Below, one piece after another: positions 8,966 to 17,417 of a stretch of 33,988 nt of DNA (the first letter of the stretch is position 1; each line of letters opens with the position of its first letter). The position numbers and the translations under genes are program-made. Where the stretch lies: positions 1 through 33,988 of the forward strand of contig CAYXJI010000003.1 of NCBI GenBank assembly GCA_964465175.1. Direction: 5' to 3'. Origin of the DNA: an uncultured Burkholderiaceae bacterium (lineage in GTDB: Bacteria > Pseudomonadota > Gammaproteobacteria > Burkholderiales > Burkholderiaceae_D). Under the pieces are notes generated by a model. That model was not told the DNA's origin. It searched no databases and saw only the letters and a program-made list of their open reading frames with translations.

Positions 8966-9678
8966 AGACCTTGATTATTGATGATGAGCGCTTGGCTCGT
9001 GAAGAGTTAAAGCGACTCTTAATCAAACATCCCAGCGTACTCGTGGTCGGTGAGGCAGCCAATGTGCACGAGGCCTTAGATTTAATAGAGCGACACGGCC
9101 CCGATCTGATTTTTCTTGATGTGCAAATGCCTGGCGGAAGCGGCTTTGATTTATTGGCGGCGCTCGATATCACACCGACGGTGATTTTTACCACGGCGTA
9201 TGATCATTACGCGATACGTGCTTTTGATGTGAGTGCCTTAGATTATTTATTAAAACCGATAGAGCCAGAACGCTTGGCGCAAGCCATTCTCAAACTTCCC
9301 ATCTCTGCGCAATTAGAATTAAAAATAGAAACTGAAGCCCCTCATACACCCGAAGGAAAGGTATTTATTAAAGATGGCGAACGTTGTTGGTTTGTCGCTT
9401 TAGAGGATATCGTTTTATTTGAATCAGAAGGCAATTATACGAGAGTATTTTTTGAACAAAATAGGCCGCTGATGCTGCGTTCATTAAATCAATTGGAAGC
9501 GAAATTAGACCCCTCAAAATTTATGCGTATCAGCCGTCGACAAATCGTGAATCTAGGTTTCGTGGAAAATATTGCACCTGGACTTACTGGTGGTTTGACA
9601 CTCACCTTGCCGCACCAATTGAAGGTCACCATGTCGCGTCGACGTGCCGCTTTGTTTAAACAAATGAACCGACTTTAG
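8962..9678 (+). CDS. LytTR-family response regulator
   Basis: MKTLIIDDE, FLDVQMP, FTTAYD..A..AF....LDYLLKP, C-terminal SEGNY..FMRISR; ATGA overlap with the kinase stop. Confidence 0.95.
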   Translation: MKTLIIDDERLAREELKRLLIKHPSVLVVGEAANVHEALDLIERHGPDLIFLDVQMPGGSGFDLLAALDITPTVIFTTAYDHYAIRAFDVSALDYLLKPIEPERLAQAILKLPISAQLELKIETEAPHTPEGKVFIKDGERCWFVALEDIVLFESEGNYTRVFFEQNRPLMLRSLNQLEAKLDPSKFMRISRRQIVNLGFVENIAPGLTGGLTLTLPHQLKVTMSRRRAALFKQMNRL

Positions 9679-9744
9679 TTGTCATTATTCAGCCCATTCA
9701 GCCCAGCCTAGCCCTTACTGGGTTTAAGTTAAGGATGAAAAAAT

Positions 9745-9813
9745 CTAGGGCGGGTGCAACCCGCGCCGCCAGCCCATAGCCCACCTGAGCAGCGCGGGTT
9801 GCACCCGCCCCAC
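9745..9813. repeat. GTAG-type REP doublet (REPIN-like) between convergent genes
   Basis: CTAGGGCGGGTGCAACCCGCGC (9745-9766) and its inverted partner GCGCGGGTTGCACCCGCCCCAC (9792-9813); each has the hairpin GCGGGT-GCA-ACCCGC. Confidence 0.85.
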
Positions 9814-9821
9814 GCGGTCGC

Positions 9822-12800
9822 TTAACTTCCACGCAAGCTCACCTTTACCAAGTTATCTTCCGGTTTGCGGTCGATGTACTTGCGATCTGGGTCTATACCT
9901 GCTTTGGCGGGAATGCCTTTCACACGCATCGTAAAGCGCATTTCTTTGCGATCAATTAGTTTGCGTTCGCGTAGCAGAGGATAACCATCTTTATCGTCTA
10001 TCCCGATGTCTATGCTGTCGTGTAGTGCAACTTCTTTTTCTACGCCATACTCGTCTGCTTTCAACTTGTTGGCCGCGACATCGAGTGTGACTTCATACTC
10101 GCCATTTGCAAGCAGTTTTGCTTCCGACTTTACTGCACGATTGTCGAACAAAATAATCGCTTCAAAAAGATCCGTAATCAAGGCTTGCTTATCTTCTGAT
10201 GCCACTGCACGCAAGGCGTCGACCAAAGACTGACTGCTAGGATAGGGCGCACCCTTATGGGCATACTGCGCGATCAAATTGCGTAGTGCGAGGTTGACTT
10301 TATCCGCACCGATTTGGTCTTGCAGCAGATACATGGCCATGCCACCCTTGGCGCTTTGCACATAGTTCTGATATTCATTGATCGCTAAAGCGGATTCCTT
10401 CTCGCGTTCTTTGCCACGACCGCTCAAGTAATTTTCCAAATTGCGTTGCAAAAGTATGCGTATTTTTTCCTTGCCATAGGTCTCTTCCATCACCATCAAT
10501 GCCGAATAATTGGCCAGCGTGTACGCCAAGCTGGTCGCACCTTTGGTATCGCCTGCAATGATTTGATGTAACCACCATTGATGCGCGACCTTGGACGCGG
10601 TCAGGAAAAACGGATTGTCGATGGCATTCGGGTCTTTATCATCGACTTTGGCGATAAAACCTGATCCTTCCGAGTAAGCGATCATGCCAGGAAATGGTTC
10701 GGCAAATTTCTCATAGCGCGGAAACTCGACAATACGCAGGGACTTAAATTGATATGGGCTAAAATTTTTGCTGTAGTAGCCCAGTGATTTTTGCACACCT
10801 TGAATCATACGATCGAGATTGTATTCATGCCCTTTGTGATAATCAATTTCAATCACGACGTCTTGCCATTGCGCCTTTTTCACTTGATAGTCCGCCGAAA
10901 GAAAAGCGTAGAAATTGAGAATAGCTTGATCTGCTTTGTAATGGAAATAACGACGACCATTCTCTGTCCATTCTTTTTGCAAACTACCTGGTGCGATAGC
11001 GGTTTGACCTAGTTCGGTCGATACCGTCGCATCAAAGCTGACAAACTGCGCATCCTTACTATTGTAGGGATAAGACAAACCCCGTGGATCATCTCTTTCC
11101 ATCATTGCCGAACGATCTCCTAAGCCAAGATTCTTGCGCGTAGTCAGGCTAGTCAATTCAAACGCGGGTGCATAGCCTATGCGCGGCATGGAATTTTTGT
11201 TTTGGAAAAAACTGCCTTTGGCACGCACTTCAGAATCGCTACCCATTCCCGCTAGCTGCTTAGGGATAATCGCTAATTCAAAGTCGAATTTCAATTGCGC
11301 ACCGACCGCCAGACTTTGTCCTAATTTAAAACTATAGAAACCGAGCTTGTCTTGAATATTGGGTATAGTGGCGCGATCAAACTGCATGCCTAGCACCTGC
11401 ATATCGGCAGGAATTGACACAAAAACTTCATCGATAACGGCACCACTATCATTGTTCAAGACATAGCTCGCTTTGATTTTTGCTGAACGTGTTTTGGGAT
11501 AAATATCGGCCGCCACCTTCACCCCGATGATGCGTGGCTGTGGACGCATTTCATATTGTTTGTATTTCTTTTCATAGCTAGCGGCGAGACTGTCTTGTTC
11601 AAAACTACTTTGATACGCATGCAGCACATTATTAAAGTAAAACAACAAGCTCCCCACACCAAAGAAAATAAAGCTACCGCTCACCAAGCTCAGTTTGATC
11701 GCAGGTGTTAAGCTGTATTTCGCTTGACGCAAACGCGCACGCCAGCTATCGGTGACACCACGTCCCCACAGCAGCATAGAGAGCGCAATCAAAACGATCG
11801 CGGCGCCGCTCCAAAATAATTTATACCAAAAAATCTGCGTCACATTGTGGCCATAGCCATTCATGTCGGAATAAAAAGGCTGAGCACCGCCTGCATACAT
11901 CAACATAGGATGATCAATGCCTATGCCAGGCAAGACCATCGCCAAGACCGAATACGCAATCATCGCAAAATAGGCGAGATACTTGTTATTCAGGATGACT
12001 TGCAAAGCAATCGCCAGCGCCGCGAGTAAGGCGTAATACGACCATTGAAAGACAAATAAAAATTGTAGATATTGTCCGATTTCGTAATGGGTATAGCCTT
12101 TCATGGTTTGAATCAAAATACCGCACAACATAAAGACCAACAAAAGTATGCCTTGCAGACTGATCAACGCAATTAACTTAGACAGCAGGGGCAACCAGTT
12201 TGGTACGGGCAGTACATCGAGCAATTGAGCGATGCGCGCATCCCTTTCGCGCCAAACTAATTCGCCGGCATACAGCGTCGTGATGACGACAATAAAAAAG
12301 CCAAATATACCACCCAAAAAATCCAGCAATTCATAGGTCACCGGATAGGTAGGCGTGTCCGTCATAATGCCCAAGGCGCCTGAGGTATGAAACATGAATA
12401 AGACACCCGCTAAGGCGATTACGATGAAATACACATTCTTGACAGTCTCTAGCAAATTGAGTCGACACTGACTAAAGAAAATCGAAAATAAATTTGAGTT
12501 CGTAAAGTTGGGGCTAATCTGTGGGACGCGCACATGACTGGGTGCTTGGGTGGTAGCGGATTCAGCGGATTTTTTCTGTTTTCCAACCGCACTTACTGCA
12601 CTAAAATTGAAACGCCAATAACACAAGAGCAGAGCGACGATGCCGATGCCTATCCACAATGCGCGGTTGTAAACTAAGACGCCTTCAAGCGGCACTAACT
12701 GGCTATTTCTTTCCGTCATATTCCAATGTCGTGTGATGGCATTGAGGGTTTTTTGTGCGAAGGGATCAATCAAAGCGCCGATAGCGCGAGCCTCTTCACC

Positions 12801-13397
12801 ACGTGCAAGTGAACTCGCGACGAGATACAACATCAGTAAGAGTACGCTGGCGATATACACGGGCAGCATCTTGCGACTCAACGCACCGATGCTAAAAAAG
12901 ATCGCGCCTAGGAAAAAAATATTCGGCAATACCACGATCAAATACGGTGAAAAATAAGCGTAGAGACCCACATCACCCACTAAGGATTTTGGAATGCCAG
13001 GCAATTGGCTACCAAAGTAGCTCCCCAAAACCGCACTAAAAAAAATAAGCGCGAGCGTGATAAACGCAGCAAGATAGCGGCCGCCAAGGTATTGCCACTT
13101 GGTGATAGGCGAACTGTAGAAAAAATGCCAGATATTGTGCTCAGCATCTTGTTGTATGGCACGCCCCATCATCGCAGCCATGATGAGCGTACCGAAGAAA
13201 GTAATGATGCTCACCAATTCAAAGAGTCGTGAAGGTGAATTCACGCTTTGTTCATCGAAACTCGCAAAGCCTTCTGGTAACAGGCCGCCAAAAGCTGCCA
13301 TCGCCAATAGCGATAGAATAAAAAAAAGTAAAAAATAGACGTAGGTCGAAACACTACTGAGTTTTTCTCGCAGATCAAACTGAATAATAGCTAGCAT
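9822..13397 (-). CDS. ABC-2 type permease fused to an M1 aminopeptidase-like domain (catalytic residues substituted)
   Basis: Two permease repeats with many TM helices (YLGGRY, GELVWRER), then an M1-like domain (EFPRY..FA..FP, HQWW, C-terminal GIDP....ID...EDN). ATG at 13397 with AAGGAG RBS; 1191 aa. Confidence 0.9.
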   Translation of the reverse strand: MLAIIQFDLREKLSSVSTYVYFLLFFILSLLAMAAFGGLLPEGFASFDEQSVNSPSRLFELVSIITFFGTLIMAAMMGRAIQQDAEHNIWHFFYSSPITKWQYLGGRYLAAFITLALIFFSAVLGSYFGSQLPGIPKSLVGDVGLYAYFSPYLIVVLPNIFFLGAIFFSIGALSRKMLPVYIASVLLLMLYLVASSLARGEEARAIGALIDPFAQKTLNAITRHWNMTERNSQLVPLEGVLVYNRALWIGIGIVALLLCYWRFNFSAVSAVGKQKKSAESATTQAPSHVRVPQISPNFTNSNLFSIFFSQCRLNLLETVKNVYFIVIALAGVLFMFHTSGALGIMTDTPTYPVTYELLDFLGGIFGFFIVVITTLYAGELVWRERDARIAQLLDVLPVPNWLPLLSKLIALISLQGILLLVFMLCGILIQTMKGYTHYEIGQYLQFLFVFQWSYYALLAALAIALQVILNNKYLAYFAMIAYSVLAMVLPGIGIDHPMLMYAGGAQPFYSDMNGYGHNVTQIFWYKLFWSGAAIVLIALSMLLWGRGVTDSWRARLRQAKYSLTPAIKLSLVSGSFIFFGVGSLLFYFNNVLHAYQSSFEQDSLAASYEKKYKQYEMRPQPRIIGVKVAADIYPKTRSAKIKASYVLNNDSGAVIDEVFVSIPADMQVLGMQFDRATIPNIQDKLGFYSFKLGQSLAVGAQLKFDFELAIIPKQLAGMGSDSEVRAKGSFFQNKNSMPRIGYAPAFELTSLTTRKNLGLGDRSAMMERDDPRGLSYPYNSKDAQFVSFDATVSTELGQTAIAPGSLQKEWTENGRRYFHYKADQAILNFYAFLSADYQVKKAQWQDVVIEIDYHKGHEYNLDRMIQGVQKSLGYYSKNFSPYQFKSLRIVEFPRYEKFAEPFPGMIAYSEGSGFIAKVDDKDPNAIDNPFFLTASKVAHQWWLHQIIAGDTKGATSLAYTLANYSALMVMEETYGKEKIRILLQRNLENYLSGRGKEREKESALAINEYQNYVQSAKGGMAMYLLQDQIGADKVNLALRNLIAQYAHKGAPYPSSQSLVDALRAVASEDKQALITDLFEAIILFDNRAVKSEAKLLANGEYEVTLDVAANKLKADEYGVEKEVALHDSIDIGIDDKDGYPLLRERKLIDRKEMRFTMRVKGIPAKAGIDPDRKYIDRKPEDNLVKVSLRGS

Positions 13398-13407
13398 GCT
13401 GTTCTCC

Positions 13408-14313
13408 TTAGGCAGAGTGCTTGTCGGCTTTGACGGCGGGCACTGCAAGCTTAGTCATGGCAGCGAAATACACGTCTTCTAGGTTGGCTTGTGCCAGCGT
13501 AAAGCGCGCATGCGGCTGCGTATCGGCAAATACATGGATCAAAGTGCGTCCTGAAGTTAAGCGGCTAGAGATGACTTGGTATTTTTCTTTAAAGCTGGAT
13601 AATTCGGCTTTTTCAATAAAGCTGGCCCAAATTTTTCCTTGTATTTGTTCGACCAATTGCAAAGGCTGTCCCGCCAGAATCACGCTACCCTTGTTGATCA
13701 CCGCCATGTTATTGCAGAGGTCGGCCACGTCTTCGACGATATGCGTAGAGAGAATAACGACTTTGTCTAATGCAATATCGGATAAGAGATTATGAAAACG
13801 CACGCGCTCCTCAGGATCTAAACCCGACGTTGGCTCATCCACAATGATCAATTTGGGATCACCTAATAAGGCTTGCGCTATCCCAAAGCGCTGACGCATA
13901 CCACCGGAAAATCCACCCACATGCTTGTTCTTCACATTCAATAGATTGGTCTGATGCAGTAAGCCCTCCACCACTTCTTTGCGTTGCTTGCGATTGTCCA
14001 GACCTTTGAGTAAGGCAAAATGATCCAACAAGTTATAAGCGCTGACCTTGGGATACAAGCCAAAGTCTTGCGGCAAATAGCCGAGCACGCGACGAACCGC
14101 ATCTTTATTTTTTTGAATATCCAGCGTGTCTAAATACGCACTACCAGAGTCGGCATCCTGCAAGGTCGCCAAGGTACGCATCAAGGTCGATTTACCCGCA
14201 CCGTTAGGCCCTAGCAATCCAAACATACCCGCAGGAATATGCAGCGTAATATTATTCAGCGCTTGCACGCCATTACTATATTTTTTGGATAAATTCTGTA
14301 TACGTAATTCCAT
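13408..14313 (-). CDS. ABC transporter ATP-binding protein
   Basis: Walker A GPNGAGKST, signature FSGGMRQ, Walker B IIVDEP, H-loop STH; ATG at 14313 downstream of AAAGGA. Confidence 0.95.
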   Translation of the reverse strand: MELRIQNLSKKYSNGVQALNNITLHIPAGMFGLLGPNGAGKSTLMRTLATLQDADSGSAYLDTLDIQKNKDAVRRVLGYLPQDFGLYPKVSAYNLLDHFALLKGLDNRKQRKEVVEGLLHQTNLLNVKNKHVGGFSGGMRQRFGIAQALLGDPKLIIVDEPTSGLDPEERVRFHNLLSDIALDKVVILSTHIVEDVADLCNNMAVINKGSVILAGQPLQLVEQIQGKIWASFIEKAELSSFKEKYQVISSRLTSGRTLIHVFADTQPHARFTLAQANLEDVYFAAMTKLAVPAVKADKHSA

Positions 14314-14398
14314 GATCATTCCTTTGGTCTTTAATGGCATTCGAAGAATGCATCGCTATAGACTAAAGAAACAGGCGCGTGGCTACCATGCACATTTT

Positions 14399-14447
14399 AT
14401 GAATGGTAGTTTTTGCTGTCGAACGGTAAAAAGGGCGGATGAGTGGT
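14399..14447 (-). promoter_or_regulatory. Three phased direct repeats, putative LytTR (AlgR-like) operator for the ABC operon
   Basis: Minus-strand ACCACTCAT, ACCGTTCGA and ACCATTCAT at an exact 20-bp period (plus-strand cores at 14441, 14421, 14401); resembles the AlgR site ACCGTTCGTC. Confidence 0.65.
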
Positions 14448-14790
14448 CGGTGCGGAAAGTGAAAAACCGCTCTAAAGGAATTAAAGCAAAGTTTCCTTAA
14501 CGTGCCTTGCTCTTATTCGGTGCATCCGGCGTTAGGGCTCTTTGCACAAAGTCGACGATGCGCAATAGCACGCGACTAGGGGTATCTTGGACACCGGCTT
14601 TTGCGCGTAGGATTTCGATTAAATGCACTAAATCTGCATGCTCGGGGCAGGTTTGATCTTTGATTACCACAATCTGCGTGACACAGAAAATCTCAATTTA
14701 AAGACGGGACGTGATATTTTTGTGAAGATGCGTTATTTGTTTCAAATGTAATTGATGGTAGGCCAGTTGGATAAATAACTGGTACAGCAT

Positions 14791-17103
14791 TTATTCGATA
14801 CGCACTCGTAATTCGGTCATCCCTATCGCCAAATTCCCGGCGTAATCGGCAGCGCGGATTTTGATGAGGTAGTCGCCCGGGGGCAAATCTTTGATGTGCC
14901 AAAAATTGATGATCGCGTGACCGTTTTTAATTTCGTTGGTGAGGTTGTAGAGAAATTTCGTCGTGGCGTTACCATGTACGGTAATGCCACTGTTTTCTGC
15001 GTAGGCGACTTTGACAGCTTCTTCATCTGCGGGTAGATGATTAAAGCGTATGGTCATTTTGGGTTTTTCAAATCCGGGTAAGGGGGTGCCGTCCGCTTGC
15101 AAAATTTGGTAGCCGAGCTCATACAAGCCGAGACGGCGGCGCGCGATGTTGCCATCGGCTTGATCGTAAGCATCGACGATGATGCTGACTTGCTCTAATT
15201 GGCGTGAGAGTGTTAAGACCTGTGTGCTGTCTGAGAGAGCGGGCTCTGACGTACTCGCGGCGACTTTATTTTTCTTACGCGCTTTTGTTTTTGCTGTCGT
15301 TTTTTCTTTGGTCTTTTCTTTGGTTTTGCCGAGTATTTTGCCATCTCGATCGGCGATATCGATACGCGTGATGTGGGGCGGGACATTATCTTGAAAGCCG
15401 ATGAAATTGAGGCTGAGTGGATTAATGACATCGCCCTGCGGTGCATAATTCAAATGCACGTGATACATGCGATTGACCGTGCCGATCGCCTCGCCGACTT
15501 GAAAGCGCGTGCCACGACGTACACGTACTTGCTGTAGCTTGCCTTGCGCATCCTTGATGAATTGAAATTTTTGCGCATCGAGTGGTGCTTCTTTCAGATC
15601 GCGTCCAACCTTCATATGAATGTAGGACAATTTATTGATACGCATGCCTTCGTTGATGCTCGTTGCGCCCCAAGCGGCTATTGGCGAGCTGACTTTTTCT
15701 TCTCTGATGACGACCACCGCATCGCCCATATTCGCTTGCATGTCGACGCCACGGTGAAAATGATCACGCGCTTCGCCGTCGTAATTGCCACGCACTTCGC
15801 CGATAGTTCCGACCACCTCATGCGGTTGGTCTTGCGGTAATAGCGGCCAAATCGACGGTGCCGATAGTGGTGCCACGGGTTCGACTATTTGCAGTAATTG
15901 CGGTGGCACCAAACTCGCATCGTTCACGCCTTTGTGTTCGATTTTATAGAGCTGGTTTTGGGCGCTATCGCTGACTAAGAGCGTGCCGTGCGGATTGACT
16001 GCCAGCGCGACGGGATGGGTCATGCGTGGACTGGTATCGTCACCGGGAATGATGTCGATATCGACGCCAGTTAGGCCGCGGCTTGTACCATCCGGTGCAA
16101 TTTGCAAAATGCGACCGTGGGATAATTCACTGACATACACGTAGTCATCATGCGTCACCGCCAGACCTACGGGGCGGCGCATGAGGGCGTTCGTGTCTTT
16201 AGGATCACTGGCGATGAGGGTGGATACTTGGCCGAATGCGTCTCCGGTTGTGGCGATTTTGCGTACCGCATTATTCCGGGTATCCGTAACGATCAATTCC
16301 GCTTTGCTATTCATCACGATATGGCTGGGCGTGTCGAATAATGCCGCTGCCCCGACACCGTCTTGCATGCCCGGCATATCGCCACCCGCTATGGTCTTGA
16401 CCGTGCCATCACTTTGAATCATGCGAATTTTATCGTTATAGGTATCGGCGACATACACATTGCCCGCCTTATCCACCGCCACGCCGATAGGGCCATTAAA
16501 TTGTGCTTGTGCCGCCGCGCCATCGCGAAACCCTGCCTGCCCATCACCAGCTACCGTCGTGACGACGCCATGTGGGCTGATCTTACGAATGCGGTGATTG
16601 CCGGTGTCGGCCACATACAGATTGCCCCGCGCATCCATCGCCAAACCTGATGGTGTATGAAACTGCGCCGCGCGCATGGTCTTACCTTTGTCGGTACTGA
16701 TTTCGACGCTATCGGCGTAGCCTTCCACGCCGCCCGCAAATACCTCGATGCGTCCCGTTTTATCGATTTTCAAAATACGATTATGGTCGCCCGCCTCCGC
16801 GATAAACGTATTGCCGGCCTGATCGATCACGATGCCAAAAGGATCGTGGTAGCCTTCTTGTTGATTGCGGTCGCTGTTGAGAGAATAGGCCTTAGAAAAA
16901 ATAGAATTTTGCGCTTCCCAATCGAAGGTCGTGGCGCTGATTTTTTTCTTAAACAAGCGAGTAATCACAGGGCGTTCGGCCACGGGACGTAAATACCAAT
17001 AGGCAGAAAACGACAAACCACCAAGCACAAGGGCAGTAGACAAAATAAACAGGAAACGACGTTGCATGGCGGCCAAAAAAACAATAAGGAGGAGGCGCAG
17101 CAT
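14791..17103 (-). CDS. Membrane-anchored NHL-repeat beta-propeller protein with a C-terminal M23-peptidase-like domain
   Basis: N-terminal hydrophobic anchor; NHL repeats (FHTPSGLAMDARGNLYVADTGNHRIRKI, FNGPIGVAVDKAGNVYVADTYNDKIR); M23-type HRGVD (HxxxD) and HVH (HxH); C-terminal Ig-like I.A.DYAGN. Alternative start at 17067. Confidence 0.82.
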   Translation of the reverse strand: MLRLLLIVFLAAMQRRFLFILSTALVLGGLSFSAYWYLRPVAERPVITRLFKKKISATTFDWEAQNSIFSKAYSLNSDRNQQEGYHDPFGIVIDQAGNTFIAEAGDHNRILKIDKTGRIEVFAGGVEGYADSVEISTDKGKTMRAAQFHTPSGLAMDARGNLYVADTGNHRIRKISPHGVVTTVAGDGQAGFRDGAAAQAQFNGPIGVAVDKAGNVYVADTYNDKIRMIQSDGTVKTIAGGDMPGMQDGVGAAALFDTPSHIVMNSKAELIVTDTRNNAVRKIATTGDAFGQVSTLIASDPKDTNALMRRPVGLAVTHDDYVYVSELSHGRILQIAPDGTSRGLTGVDIDIIPGDDTSPRMTHPVALAVNPHGTLLVSDSAQNQLYKIEHKGVNDASLVPPQLLQIVEPVAPLSAPSIWPLLPQDQPHEVVGTIGEVRGNYDGEARDHFHRGVDMQANMGDAVVVIREEKVSSPIAAWGATSINEGMRINKLSYIHMKVGRDLKEAPLDAQKFQFIKDAQGKLQQVRVRRGTRFQVGEAIGTVNRMYHVHLNYAPQGDVINPLSLNFIGFQDNVPPHITRIDIADRDGKILGKTKEKTKEKTTAKTKARKKNKVAASTSEPALSDSTQVLTLSRQLEQVSIIVDAYDQADGNIARRRLGLYELGYQILQADGTPLPGFEKPKMTIRFNHLPADEEAVKVAYAENSGITVHGNATTKFLYNLTNEIKNGHAIINFWHIKDLPPGDYLIKIRAADYAGNLAIGMTELRVRIE

Positions 17104-17417
17104 AACAATATCGTCGAAAACTGCAAGCGCTATTTGTGTGATTGTTGATAGTTGGTTTGGGATTTCGTTTTTAGTTTATTTTTAAGTTTGTTTTTAAATT
17201 CGCTCCAGCGTCGCACCTTAATTTATGCCGAATTCTGCATGCTTTCTGTGCATTTTCAACAATCCTGTGATGTGCGAAAAAATATCACTGTTGGCGATAG
17301 TTTTAGCCGAAACTTCTTGGCATAATCGAGGTCTATTTGCTTTCAATGCACGCCATCTTTGCGCCACTACGCGCTATTCAGGCAGCGCAAGCCCACTTTT
17401 CCAACCGGAGATTCACT

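Noticed and set aside
9687-9713. ATTCAGCCC tandem duplication after the LytTR stop
   Set aside because: Only two short units, most likely slippage.
14791-17103. Calling the NHL protein a gluconolactonase
   Set aside because: Only generic beta-propeller repeats are visible, with no evidence for that specific activity.
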